Source: an uncultured Gammaproteobacteria bacterium (GTDB lineage: Bacteria; Patescibacteriota; Microgenomatia; UBA10105; UBA927). From it: 64,000 bases of DNA. The notes under the pieces were generated by a model. That model was not told the origin of the DNA. It saw only the letters and a list, made by a program, of their open reading frames with translations, and searched no databases. Each line of letters begins with the position of its first letter. Position 1 is the stretch's first letter. Where the stretch lies: NCBI GenBank assembly GCA_964445435.1, contig CAYUKU010000003.1, positions 841 through 64,840 of the forward strand, written 5' to 3'. A program made the translations under genes and the position numbers. Positions 39,037 through 48,937 of this stretch are shown piece after piece.

Positions 39037-40335
39037 TCAGGGCATAAAGGACTTTACCAAATCTATGACCTTCCCTGCAATACCTTTGATCTGGACTTTT
39101 TGTCCGATACGGCCGAAGTTCTGTAAAAACGACGGATTATCTCCCTTATCCGTCCTTCCGCCGAACAGAAGCAGTCCGACGCTCGTTGTGTATGCCGGTG
39201 TCATAATTTCGTCGACCAGTCCGCTGACCTTTGAAGGCGATCCTATGTGAACTGGCATCGCAAGGTTGCGTCTGGCGCACTCAACTGCGCCAACCGTTTC
39301 CGAGCCGCCACCGGTAATGACGACACCGGACGGCGTCATGCCACCAAATCCGCTTCTTTTCAGTTCGAGTGCCACCATCGTAAATATCTCATTGAGTCTC
39401 GGCTTGATAATGCCCTCCACGAGTGTCCGTTTGGAAAGAGTTTTCAATTCCTCCGGCAGAGATAAGCCGGAAACATCCAGTTCATCTGCTTTCTCGGTTT
39501 TCGTTTTTGCTTTCTCCTCTTCATCGAATACTGCGGGCTGTTTCTGCGGACGGCTCAAAAGCAGCTTCACTCGTTCCGCACTCTCAAGGGAAATTCGCAG
39601 TCCCGCCGCCAAATCTTTCGTGATATTGATAGCCCCGATCGGGATAACGGATGAATATGACAGCGCCCCTTCCACGAAAATGGCAACATCAGTTGTGCCG
39701 CCTCCGATATCGACAAGTACGACTCCCAATTCTTTTTCCGTGTCTGAGAGTGTTGCTTCTGCCGATGCGAATCCTCCAAATACCATCCCGCTTACCTCAA
39801 CGCCAAGCTCTTCCACGCATTTGCGTAAATTCCGTAGCGCCGTTGCTCCGCCTGTTACCAAATGCGTATCGACTTCAAGTCGCACGCCGGTCATGCCGAT
39901 GGGATCGACAATCCCCTCCTGACTATCCACGACATACCCCCGTGGAAGCACGTGAAGAATTTCGCGCGAAGATGGAAGTGATATGGCCTTGGCCGCTTCG
40001 ATGACGCGCGCCACATCGTGCTGGGTGATCTCCCGGTCCGGCTCCGCTACTGCAACGACACCGTGCGAATTTTGGGAAGCGATATGATTGCCGCCGACTG
40101 AGATATATGCTCGGGCGACTGATGTTCCGGCCATCCGTTCCGCCGCTTCAAGCGATTGGGAAATTGCAGCGGTTGCTTCCTCAATATTGACGACCTGGCC
40201 TTTTCGTAGGCCCCGGCTTGGTACCGTCGAAACGCCCGAAACGACAGCTTCTCCTTCTTCGGATAGTGTGGCGATGAGCGTGGTAATTTTACTTGTTCCG
40301 ACGTCGATCCCGGAAATGACGTGGTCGCGTGCCAT
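39037..40335 (-). CDS. ftsA: Cell division protein FtsA
   Basis: GIDVGTSKI, VDIGGGTTD, VVITGGG. Confidence 0.96.
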   Translation of the reverse strand: MARDHVISGIDVGTSKITTLIATLSEEGEAVVSGVSTVPSRGLRKGQVVNIEEATAAISQSLEAAERMAGTSVARAYISVGGNHIASQNSHGVVAVAEPDREITQHDVARVIEAAKAISLPSSREILHVLPRGYVVDSQEGIVDPIGMTGVRLEVDTHLVTGGATALRNLRKCVEELGVEVSGMVFGGFASAEATLSDTEKELGVVLVDIGGGTTDVAIFVEGALSYSSVIPIGAINITKDLAAGLRISLESAERVKLLLSRPQKQPAVFDEEEKAKTKTEKADELDVSGLSLPEELKTLSKRTLVEGIIKPRLNEIFTMVALELKRSGFGGMTPSGVVITGGGSETVGAVECARRNLAMPVHIGSPSKVSGLVDEIMTPAYTTSVGLLLFGGRTDKGDNPSFLQNFGRIGQKVQIKGIAGKVIDLVKSFMP

Positions 40336-40338
40336 AGG

Positions 40339-41031
40339 TTAGAATTTTACAATCGGTTTGTCGAAACGAAGATCAACAACCGTGGGCAGTGTACCTTTTA
40401 TTCTAAACCCCGTTAACAATGTTTGTAAAGTAGCCAGTGTCTCTTTCGCATCCTTATCCTGAGGAATAAAAATGTTTAATTCCGGTGATTTGGCAAGAAA
40501 GTATGACCCTTCCTGATCGGTCATACTTTCTACCGGAATATCGCCGGGAAATGATTCAATCACTGCAATGGCAAGAAGCGCACGCGGGTCGACAATTTTC
40601 TCCCCTACCCGAATGTTTTCAAGAACAATCTCGACAAGCGGAAGCCTCAGCCCTGAATCGCCGTCCGCAAGAACTACTCCTTCCTTATCCACCAGAACCA
40701 TGCGCGTACCCGATCGCAGGCGAACAATGGGTTTTCTAAGAATCGGAACGACTCTCAATGTGTTGGGAAACTTCTTCTGAAACTGGATATCCGATAGAAG
40801 CGGATTATCCGAAAGAATCTCTGTCCGCATGTTTTCTGACGGAAAGAAAATGAGATTGCGTGAAATTCGCTGCTCGTCAATCACCAGCCGCACCGAATCC
40901 CCCACAACCTCGATAGACTGTATGGTAAACAACCACTGCCCAGCCCGGTAGAGGAAATATCCGGTGCCCAGTGTTATGATTATGCTAAGAATAATTCGGC
41001 CGAATTTTCGCCGGACGATGCCAGTCTGCAT
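40339..41031 (-). CDS. ftsQ: FtsQ/DivIB-like cell division protein
   Basis: TM, POTRA-like region (KKFPNTLRV), C-terminal VDLRFDKP; between murG and ftsA; start set at MQTGIV. Confidence 0.75.
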   Translation of the reverse strand: MQTGIVRRKFGRIILSIIITLGTGYFLYRAGQWLFTIQSIEVVGDSVRLVIDEQRISRNLIFFPSENMRTEILSDNPLLSDIQFQKKFPNTLRVVPILRKPIVRLRSGTRMVLVDKEGVVLADGDSGLRLPLVEIVLENIRVGEKIVDPRALLAIAVIESFPGDIPVESMTDQEGSYFLAKSPELNIFIPQDKDAKETLATLQTLLTGFRIKGTLPTVVDLRFDKPIVKF

Positions 41032-41032
41032 A

Positions 41033-42133
41033 CTATGAAAGTATAGCAGCAATCTGCTCTGAGAGGCGCTTGGCGCCATCGCGGGGAATCTGCGCCAAAG
41101 AAGAAGAATCAATTTTCATTTTTTGGGCGGCCGAGAGTTTGTCTATCATCGCGGCAAGTGTGTCGACCGTCGCGGAGTCCTGCGGAAGAATTTCCGCTAG
41201 CCCCAATGATTTCAACCAGAGGGCGTTTTTCATCTGTTCACCCCCGCTTGACCACGGAAGCGGGACGAGAATGGCGCGCTTCTTAAGCACCGCAAGTTCC
41301 ATCACCGTATTTGCACCCGATCTTCCGATGACAAGTTTCGCATGATGCATGAGCCACCCTGCGTGTGCGCTATCGAAATAATCCTGGACCACATACTTGT
41401 CTTTCAGATTATCCGGAAGCTCTTCCCGCAGCCGTATAGCCTGAGGATATGATATCTTGCCGGTCTGATGGACAACCACAAAACCGGAAAGCAGCCGACG
41501 GATTGACTGGAAAATAATCGCATTGAGCGATACAGCGCCCGTGGCACCGCCGGTTACATACAGAATATTCTCGCCGTTTTTTATGCCTTGGGGTTTGTCT
41601 TTCGTCACGGTGAGAAACTCCTTACGAAGCGGCAGCCCGGTTACGACGGTCTTTCGTATCGGGAAAACATGCGCGGTTTGTTCAAATGACACACAGATGA
41701 TACGGGCAAATTTCGCGATGATTCTGTTGGTCAGGCCCGGCGAAAGTGTTTGTTCGTGCGTAACAATCGGAACCCAGAGCATATAGGCTGCAAGTGCAAC
41801 GGGAAACGCGATATACCCCCCGAATGAGACGACGAGATCCGGTTTTTCCAAAAGAAGGTATTTCAGACCCAAAAGAAACCCAACGGGAATCTTGAGTAAG
41901 GAGATAAACGAGTGAATGCTGAAGACGCGCGTCAATCGGCCGGCAGTGATCGGGAGAAATCTAACCCCCCGTTTCTTGACAAGCACCTTTTCCGGTGATG
42001 CATGGGGTGACCCCTCGATTGCAGTGACTCTTCCGATATACACGAGGTCCCACTCCGGATGGGACAACTGAAGCTCTTCTATAAGTGCCAGTGCCGGCGT
42101 TACGTGCCCACCAGTGATAAGTATTTTTTTCAT
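41033..42133 (-). CDS. murG: Lipid I GlcNAc transferase MurG
   Basis: ITGGHVTP, GGY, HEQ, TGLPLR, RSGANT, EQMKNA. Confidence 0.93.
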   Translation of the reverse strand: MKKILITGGHVTPALALIEELQLSHPEWDLVYIGRVTAIEGSPHASPEKVLVKKRGVRFLPITAGRLTRVFSIHSFISLLKIPVGFLLGLKYLLLEKPDLVVSFGGYIAFPVALAAYMLWVPIVTHEQTLSPGLTNRIIAKFARIICVSFEQTAHVFPIRKTVVTGLPLRKEFLTVTKDKPQGIKNGENILYVTGGATGAVSLNAIIFQSIRRLLSGFVVVHQTGKISYPQAIRLREELPDNLKDKYVVQDYFDSAHAGWLMHHAKLVIGRSGANTVMELAVLKKRAILVPLPWSSGGEQMKNALWLKSLGLAEILPQDSATVDTLAAMIDKLSAAQKMKIDSSSLAQIPRDGAKRLSEQIAAILS

Positions 42134-42134
42134 G

Positions 42135-43277
42135 TTAGTGACGATACCGACTTATATTAAGCACAATTCCGATGGCTAACAAGAGAATGATAAGACTGGA
42201 TCCGCCGTAGGAAATAAACGGAAGCGGCACTCCCGTAAGGGGAATGAGCGCGACCATCGCACTTATATTCATAAGCGTTTGTATGCCGACCCATGAAAGA
42301 ATACCTAATGCAAGAAGTCGTCCGAAAGAATCAGGTGCATGAGCGGCAATACGAAACCCGCGCCCGATGATGAACAGGAATCCCAAAACGACAAGCGATG
42401 CCCCTACGAATCCGATTTCCTCTCCGATGATGGCGAAAATAGAATCCGTATTTGCCTCGGGAAGATATTCGTATTTCTGGCGCGATTTTCCGATACCCAC
42501 GCCCCACCATCCGCCCGAACCCAGGCCGATAAGCACCTGACGGATCTGATACGAACTGCCCAGGGGATCTTGACTAGGGTTAAGAAATGTCGTCAAACGT
42601 TCCATTCTATACGGCGCTGCTATTGCAAGTAGAAGAATTGCCCCCACGGCAACCGGCACCAGTCCCAGAACGTGTCCGATCGGTGCGCCGGAGAAAAAGT
42701 ATAAAGCCACGGCGATGCCTGAGAGGATGATACTGGTCCCCAGATCCGGTTCCAGAACCACAAGTCCGGCAATCATTCCCACAAGAAGAAGAAACGAGAA
42801 AAATCTATTTTTCTCGCCCTTCGAAAACCAGGCTGATAAGTACACGACAAGCGTCAGTTTCGCCAGTTCGGCCGGCTGCAAAACGAAAAATCCGAAATTA
42901 ATCCAGCGCCGGGCCCCTAAAGCACTAATGCCCACACCGGGCAGAAACACGATAAGAAGAAGCGCCATGGTAACCAGAAGCATGGGAACTGCGACGGTGT
43001 ACCAGAACCTATACGGTACCCTGCTCGTAATCCCAAGTGCCACGAGGCCGACAACCAGCCACTTCAGCTGCTCTTTCACGAAGTAATATTGATCCTGAAA
43101 ATCGCGAATGGCGATCGCGACGGAAGAGTCGTATACCATAAGCACTCCGAAGAGAGACAGTAAAACGACTCCCAACACTAACTAGTGATCCGCCTTTCCC
43201 CCATGCGACTCTCCCCGCTGAAAAAGTTTCTTCGACGCGTTCTGTCTTATGAGTAATTTCTGAATTATATTCTTCAT
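42135..43277 (-). CDS. ftsW: SEDS protein FtsW; in-frame TAG at codon 32 (open frame resumes at GTG 43178)
   Basis: GARRW, QPAELAK, EPDLG, LPEANTDSIF, PFISYGGSS; upstream ATG at 43277 overlaps the murD stop. Confidence 0.85.
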
Positions 43278-44512
43278 GCGGCAGTGGATCCGAGCTCCCG
43301 TATATATTTTTGAAATAATTCGCCCTTTTCTTCGAAATTCTTCCAGATGCTATAGCTGGGCGACGCAGTCGAAAGTAAACAAATACGCCCGGGTTTTGTG
43401 TGTTGATACGCAAATGCCACGGCTTCTTTCATGTCGCGGGTCGTAATGATGCGAAATTTCCGCTTCGCATACTTGGCAAGAATCTCCCCTATGCGCACCC
43501 CCGAATCCGGAAAGAGAACGACATTTTCTATACTGCTTCTGTCTATCATGCGCACCAGCTCGTCAAACACATACCCGCGGTCCTGACCGCCCAAAAAAAT
43601 CGTCTGCACGCCATCGAGCGCTTCTATCGCAGATATAGTAGACTCCGGAGTCGTGGAAATTCCGTCGTCATAGAACAGGATTTCCTTGTACGTTCCTACG
43701 TGCTCCAACCTGTGTGGAAGCGGCCGAAACGCCATGATACTCTCGCGCATAATTGCAGGGGGCACACGGAAAAGATTTCCCACGGTTACCGCAGCCCGGA
43801 CATTATCGCGATTGTGTTTCCCTTTCAGCGGAATCTCCTCATCACGGCAAGGCAGTTTGTCTGTGTACGCAAGGGCATGCGCAGGCGTCTCTGAAGCGAG
43901 GATCCGCAGACGTTCAAATGAGGGATTATAGACAAGGTAATCTTCATTCATAAGAAATGAGGCTATTCTTTTTTTGGCTTGCCAGTAGGCTTCAACTGAT
44001 CCGTGATGATCCATGTGTTCCGGGAAGAAGCTCACGAAAACTGCAATATGGGGAGAATACTCGATATCTTCCAACTGGTAACTGGATAACTCATAGACAT
44101 ATATATCGTCCTTGTCCTTCTCCTGCAACAATTCGGTAAGCGCCGGGTTTCCGATGTTTCCGACAAGATGTGCACGCAGTCCCGCGTTTTTCAGTATTTC
44201 GTAAATGAGTGTCGTTGTTGTGCTTTTTCCCTTGGTGCCCGTGATACCGACAACCGTCCCTTTGGTATTTGCGAAAAACATGTTGGTCGCAGTCGTATAC
44301 GGGATCCGGACGAGGTCACGCCTGACACTGGGTGATCTTACGGCAATGTCATACCTATCCTGATTCGCCAGATAATTCTCGCCGTTTACTTTATCGGCTA
44401 TGTCGATAACCGCATCGGGATAATAGTGACGAAGATAGTTCAGGGTCGCTTTTCCCTCGATCCCCATGCCGATGAGGAGAATCTTCTTGTTGGCGAATTG
44501 CTGTATGTTCAT
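43274..44512 (-). CDS. murD: UDP-MurNAc-L-Ala--glutamate ligase (probably MurD2-type, L-Glu)
   Basis: GITGTKGKSTT, GNIG, ELSSYQL, LPHRLE, YDDGISTTPES; adjacent to murL. Confidence 0.88.
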   Translation of the reverse strand: MNIQQFANKKILLIGMGIEGKATLNYLRHYYPDAVIDIADKVNGENYLANQDRYDIAVRSPSVRRDLVRIPYTTATNMFFANTKGTVVGITGTKGKSTTTTLIYEILKNAGLRAHLVGNIGNPALTELLQEKDKDDIYVYELSSYQLEDIEYSPHIAVFVSFFPEHMDHHGSVEAYWQAKKRIASFLMNEDYLVYNPSFERLRILASETPAHALAYTDKLPCRDEEIPLKGKHNRDNVRAAVTVGNLFRVPPAIMRESIMAFRPLPHRLEHVGTYKEILFYDDGISTTPESTISAIEALDGVQTIFLGGQDRGYVFDELVRMIDRSSIENVVLFPDSGVRIGEILAKYAKRKFRIITTRDMKEAVAFAYQHTKPGRICLLSTASPSYSIWKNFEEKGELFQKYIRELGSTAA

Positions 44513-45825
44513 ACCGATCGTATTATTTCATCAAATTCCGGAGGAACGAAATGGTGAGGCGTGTAAGAATCAGCAGGGAGAGGTTTTAGCGAAACAGCTA
44601 AGCTGGCAACCACCGCATCTTGCGCAAACTCGCCGCGTTTCATAACCGCCATGAATGCAGACGTTGCCTCCTGGGGTGTCCCGACACACTCAAATGGCTT
44701 AAACCCTTCAAGGCCCAGCAGTTCCCGGTAGACCGGAAGAAGTGCGGTATCGTCAAGGAGATTCTTCCCGAAAATATCTACAACGGTCTCTCTCGGCAGG
44801 TATTCCGACAGAAGTAAAAATACAAACGCACACTTGGGACATGTGCCGCACCACTGTCCACGCCGCGGGTCTCCCGTAATTTTGAAATTCGTATTACAGC
44901 TTGTAAATGAATGGAAATACTGCGGATAGGAAGAAAATGTTCCCGTGATTTCCCGTTCGGTGAAAGGCCGAAGAAGGGAAAATAGGCCAAGATCCGGACT
45001 TATGTGTCTGTGCGCATGCGATGCAAACATGCTTTCGAATTCCAGCGACTTACTCCATTGGTGGTTCATTTCCTCGCCCAGGTATTCTACGTTTCCATAA
45101 TTTGCGCTTTCTTCGTTTGAGGCGATGACATATTGGAAATCATACAAGGCAGCCGCCAGCATACCTGTACACATGAATATGGACGTAATCGGTACATGAC
45201 CGTTGTACGTACCCGGTTGGGCATTAAGATCCATAAGTTTCGGGTCGATAGTCCGTTTCATAGTCAGGAGGGTAACACCCATTTGAGAAGCAACCGCCTC
45301 ATGAATGGGCGTCGGATTGAGTGTAAAAAGAGCGAAATTTTTCCTGTGTTTCTTAAGGAGCTCTCCGGTCACGATAGAGTCCTTCCCCGCCCCCAAAAGA
45401 ACCAGACTCCGGGATGAAAATTTGACCCTGCCGGGTGACAAGGGAGACGTTTCTCCGTCTGAAGGGAATGAAACAAGCCCGCGAAAGTCAATCGTATTGC
45501 GATAGAAAAACTCCCCCAATCCCTTCGTATACAGTATCCGGAAAAACTCCGCCTCGGAAGAGGCAAGAGAATAAGAAACGGTGATGTCCCGCGGGCAAAA
45601 AGTTTTCCAGTAGCTTATGCCCAACAGAAGATGCAACTGTCGCGCGATCCGCTCGGCAAGAAGCTCGCGCTCCTGTCCGATAGAACCATCAGGAGGACGA
45701 AACGCGATCCGTTCAGTAAAAAGAATCTGTTTGTCACCATGCGTTAGTTCATATGAACATGAAAGCGATCCTCCCTGAATATCCAGTCCGTACGAAGAAA
45801 AAACGAAGCGCGTTTGTTTGGTCAT
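44509..45825 (-). CDS. murL: MurL-like UDP-MurNAc-L-Ala-L-Glu epimerase
   Basis: GISYWK, GLGEFFY, PP-loop GAGKDS, NGHVPIT, NHQWSKS, SCN, WCGTCPKC, KPFECVG; start set at MTKQT. Confidence 0.8.
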   Translation of the reverse strand: MTKQTRFVFSSYGLDIQGGSLSCSYELTHGDKQILFTERIAFRPPDGSIGQERELLAERIARQLHLLLGISYWKTFCPRDITVSYSLASSEAEFFRILYTKGLGEFFYRNTIDFRGLVSFPSDGETSPLSPGRVKFSSRSLVLLGAGKDSIVTGELLKKHRKNFALFTLNPTPIHEAVASQMGVTLLTMKRTIDPKLMDLNAQPGTYNGHVPITSIFMCTGMLAAALYDFQYVIASNEESANYGNVEYLGEEMNHQWSKSLEFESMFASHAHRHISPDLGLFSLLRPFTEREITGTFSSYPQYFHSFTSCNTNFKITGDPRRGQWCGTCPKCAFVFLLLSEYLPRETVVDIFGKNLLDDTALLPVYRELLGLEGFKPFECVGTPQEATSAFMAVMKRGEFAQDAVVASLAVSLKPLPADSYTPHHFVPPEFDEIIRSV

Positions 45826-46859
45826 ACTTTCAGAATCGAAAGCCATAACCCAAAAATCGCAAACACCACGCTCAGTATCCAGAAACGCATGACGATTTTT
45901 GGCTCTGGCCATCCCTTATGTTGGAGCCATAGATGAAGAGGCGCTGCCGAGAAAAGTTTCCGCCCGAAGTATTGCTTCCAGAAAAGCTGCAAAAACGACG
46001 AGGCGACCTCAATGACAAAAATCCCCCCTATAATGACCAATGCTGGTGCTTTCCCAAGGATAAGCGCTACTACGGCAAGGGTCGCGCCAAATGAAAGCGC
46101 TCCTACATCGCCCAAGAAAATGCGTGCGGGGAAGACGTTGAAGTACATAAATGCAAGTAGTCCCCCAAGCCAGAGGGCGATAAATACAGAAAGCGGAGAA
46201 TCAAGAATTGAAGCAGAAATCACCCAAAACGCGACAAGAGAAACCAAAAGCACCCCGGATGCCAGTCCGTCCAACCCGTCTGTGATGTTATAGGCGTTCG
46301 CAAACGCGATAATGACCAGGATTGCCATGAGCACGTAGACCCATCCCATATGGATGATCCCAACAAACGGGATGTAAAAAATATCTATTTTAAGATCATG
46401 TACGAGCCAGAACCCGATAATGGAGGCAAGCATAATCTCGAATATGAGCTTATGCCGGAGCCGCAACCCGAAAAAACCGGAACTGGCAAGCATGAATGTC
46501 TTCTTCGCATCGTCGAGAAGCCCCAGGATGCCAAATGACAGAAACGTGAATAACAATATCTTTATTTCGCTCATCATGGGATACACGGAGGTAATCGGTA
46601 TCCAAAAATATTTCATGATAAGCATGGTGAGCGGAAACAGGAGCGTGACAAGAACGATAATCAAAAGTCCTCCACCCACCGGGGTTCCTGCCTTTTTCTG
46701 ATGGAATCGGTCAAATATGGGCGTCCTCTTATCAAACGCGTCTAATGTTTTTTGTTTCAGACGCTGGAAGCGCCACCGATACAGAAGCTGGATAAAGGGT
46801 ACGTAGAGAAGACTTGTGAAAAACCAGGAAAATAATAGTAAACCGAGTAAAAATCCCAT
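45822..46859 (-). CDS. mraY: Phospho-MurNAc-pentapeptide transferase MraY
   Basis: KAGTPVGGG, DD, NITDGLDGL, IFLGDVG, APLH. Confidence 0.93.
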   Translation of the reverse strand: MGFLLGLLLFSWFFTSLLYVPFIQLLYRWRFQRLKQKTLDAFDKRTPIFDRFHQKKAGTPVGGGLLIIVLVTLLFPLTMLIMKYFWIPITSVYPMMSEIKILLFTFLSFGILGLLDDAKKTFMLASSGFFGLRLRHKLIFEIMLASIIGFWLVHDLKIDIFYIPFVGIIHMGWVYVLMAILVIIAFANAYNITDGLDGLASGVLLVSLVAFWVISASILDSPLSVFIALWLGGLLAFMYFNVFPARIFLGDVGALSFGATLAVVALILGKAPALVIIGGIFVIEVASSFLQLFWKQYFGRKLFSAAPLHLWLQHKGWPEPKIVMRFWILSVVFAIFGLWLSILKV

Positions 46860-46867
46860 ATGAAAAC

Positions 46868-47242
46868 TTACCAGCCCATCTCAACCACGAGGTAGGGTCC
46901 GAAAATGAAAAAAGCAACAAGAACCGCGCCAAAGGCGACGGTGAGCATCATTCCGGCCGAGACGTCTTTGGCAATTTTTGCCTGCGTTTTCCACTCAGTG
47001 GTAATCAGATCTGTCATGGATTCAAGGGCCGTATTTATCATCTCGCCTGCAAGTCCCAGGAGAATGGTAAATACGATGATCGCTTTCTCAACTGATGTGA
47101 TGTCGAAATAATAGCTCAAATAGAGAGCAAAAACTGACAATACGAGGTGAACACGAAAATTCGGTTGCGTGCGTACGGCCCAGAGAATTCCTGCAAAAGC
47201 GTTTTTGAAGGAAATATGATGCTGGCGCAGCGTCTTCATCAT
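46868..47242 (-). CDS. dgkA: DgkA-family undecaprenol/diacylglycerol kinase
   Basis: SFKNAFAGI, NFRVH, EMINTALE, AKIAKDVSAG. Confidence 0.85.
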   Translation of the reverse strand: MMKTLRQHHISFKNAFAGILWAVRTQPNFRVHLVLSVFALYLSYYFDITSVEKAIIVFTILLGLAGEMINTALESMTDLITTEWKTQAKIAKDVSAGMMLTVAFGAVLVAFFIFGPYLVVEMGW

Positions 47243-47288
47243 ACGTGGTACTGTAAGTATAGGTGAATGGCCCCAAAAACTCAAACAA

Positions 47289-48299
47289 CTAGTAGCCGCG
47301 CCGAAGGGTGCGCAGGGACTCAACCACGTACGGAATGCCATACCAGAGCGTCAATGGGAGGTCGTGGGCGTGAACATAGTTGACTTCACGGCCTCCGAAG
47401 CCCGTTTTGAACAACGTTATTCCCCTCCACGGATGATTTGGCTTGTCTTCAGGCGCTATTCCATAAAAATTGTACACTTTCATTCCTCTATTTTTTGCTT
47501 CCTGAATTGCTTCCCACTGAACCAGATGCGACACGGGGACGCGACTTGCAATTGAAGCTCCGTGGTGATAAATCGCCTCATTTGAGAGAAAAAGAACGAT
47601 CGCTCCGGCTACGAGTTTCTTCCCGTCATACCCAAGAAGAAGCACTGACTTTCCTGCTTTTGAAAATATCTCAAACTCCTCCGCAATGGATATGTGCCCT
47701 ACAAATCCGTGGCGCTTTGAGGTTTCTTCATAGAGACGGAAAAAATGTTTGAGCGCATCCGGATCGGTCGTTTTTCGCACCTCGACTCCTGCCTTCTGGG
47801 CAACTCTGATTTCATACCGAGTAGTCTTTCGCATGCCCATAAGGAGCTCTTCATCTGATTTTTCCAGATCCAATACCCAACAGCGCTCAGCGTCCACCTC
47901 ATGAATCGGCGCCCTTACGAGTTTCAGTTTCCGTAGTAATTCCATATTCTCCTTCGTATTGGCAAGAAGGGGGCTCACCCGGACAAACCATGCCAGCTCA
48001 CGGCGCGCGATAGGCGCTAACAGCTCGAGAAATTCCCGCCAATGGGCAACTCCATTGTGTTTCCACACCGGCCCGTGCCGGACATGAAGAAACGCCCCCC
48101 GCCGTGCCCGAACGACAAATATCTGTGCTACACCCACGACGTCTCTGCCCTCTGAAATAAGATATCTCAGTACCCGTTGACCGGATTTCTTCTGAACTTC
48201 GCCCCACAACCAACTTTGGAATAGAGCTTGAGGACAGTACGTTTCCAAAAACTTCTCCCAGACGTGCTCGTCATTCGCGTTTTCAAGGGTAAGACTCAT
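47289..48299 (-). CDS. FemAB/FemX-family tRNA-dependent peptidyltransferase
   Basis: FQSWLWG, HGPV, LDL...MRKTTRYEIR.A.K.GV, QWEAI, GITLFKTGFGG. Confidence 0.88.
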   Translation of the reverse strand: MSLTLENANDEHVWEKFLETYCPQALFQSWLWGEVQKKSGQRVLRYLISEGRDVVGVAQIFVVRARRGAFLHVRHGPVWKHNGVAHWREFLELLAPIARRELAWFVRVSPLLANTKENMELLRKLKLVRAPIHEVDAERCWVLDLEKSDEELLMGMRKTTRYEIRVAQKAGVEVRKTTDPDALKHFFRLYEETSKRHGFVGHISIAEEFEIFSKAGKSVLLLGYDGKKLVAGAIVLFLSNEAIYHHGASIASRVPVSHLVQWEAIQEAKNRGMKVYNFYGIAPEDKPNHPWRGITLFKTGFGGREVNYVHAHDLPLTLWYGIPYVVESLRTLRRGY

Positions 48300-48937
48300 G
48301 GATGTATTGTATGGTATTCTTTTTCGTTTTTCACTGTTGTCGGCTCGCCATGCCCGGGATAGATAACAGTATCATCGGGTAGATGCAATATGTCTGAAAG
48401 TGACTCGGATAGCTTCTTCGAATCGGAATACGAAAAATCCGCCCTCCCTAAGGCACCCCCCGCAAACACCGTATCGCCGCTTATAAGTGCGTGGGCCTCT
48501 TTGATATAAAAACACACGCTTCCCGGGGTGTGCCCGGGCGTCTCCATGACATGAACGTGAATTTTTCCGAGCATACGTGCATCGTTTTTTGCCAAAAATC
48601 CTCCTATGGCCGGCGGTCTCTCCACTATCGTCCTTCCCAAAAAGTGCGAGGCAGTTTCACTCATCCGTGCCACGAGAAATCGGTCTTTTTCGTGGATGAA
48701 AAACGGGATTCCAAGCGTGAGACTCAACTCGTGGGCAGCCATAATATGATCGAAATGTCCATGTGTCGCCCAGAGCGCCATGGGCTTCCCTCCGTCTCGC
48801 AGCGCATGATCGGCGACATACGAAGCGTCTTCTCCCGGATCGACAATGATGACCGATCCCGTTCGAATGTCCCGGAGAAGGTAACAGTTTGCGGCCATCT
48901 GACCTACGGTTAGCGTTTCGATTGAAATATCGCTCAT
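48296..48937 (-). CDS. MBL-fold metallo-hydrolase (glyoxalase II/YcbL-like)
   Basis: THGHFDH, TPGHTPGS, SGD, YPGHG. Confidence 0.88.
   Translation of the reverse strand: MSDISIETLTVGQMAANCYLLRDIRTGSVIIVDPGEDASYVADHALRDGGKPMALWATHGHFDHIMAAHELSLTLGIPFFIHEKDRFLVARMSETASHFLGRTIVERPPAIGGFLAKNDARMLGKIHVHVMETPGHTPGSVCFYIKEAHALISGDTVFAGGALGRADFSYSDSKKLSESLSDILHLPDDTVIYPGHGEPTTVKNEKEYHTIHP

Noticed and set aside
43182-43184. Genome-wide TAG or TGA stop-codon reassignment
   Set aside because: TAG and TGA end many genes at their expected C-termini (GNAT, LysM, ftsQ-proximal murG, htpX, lemA); the other internal TAG is in a clearly broken MFS gene
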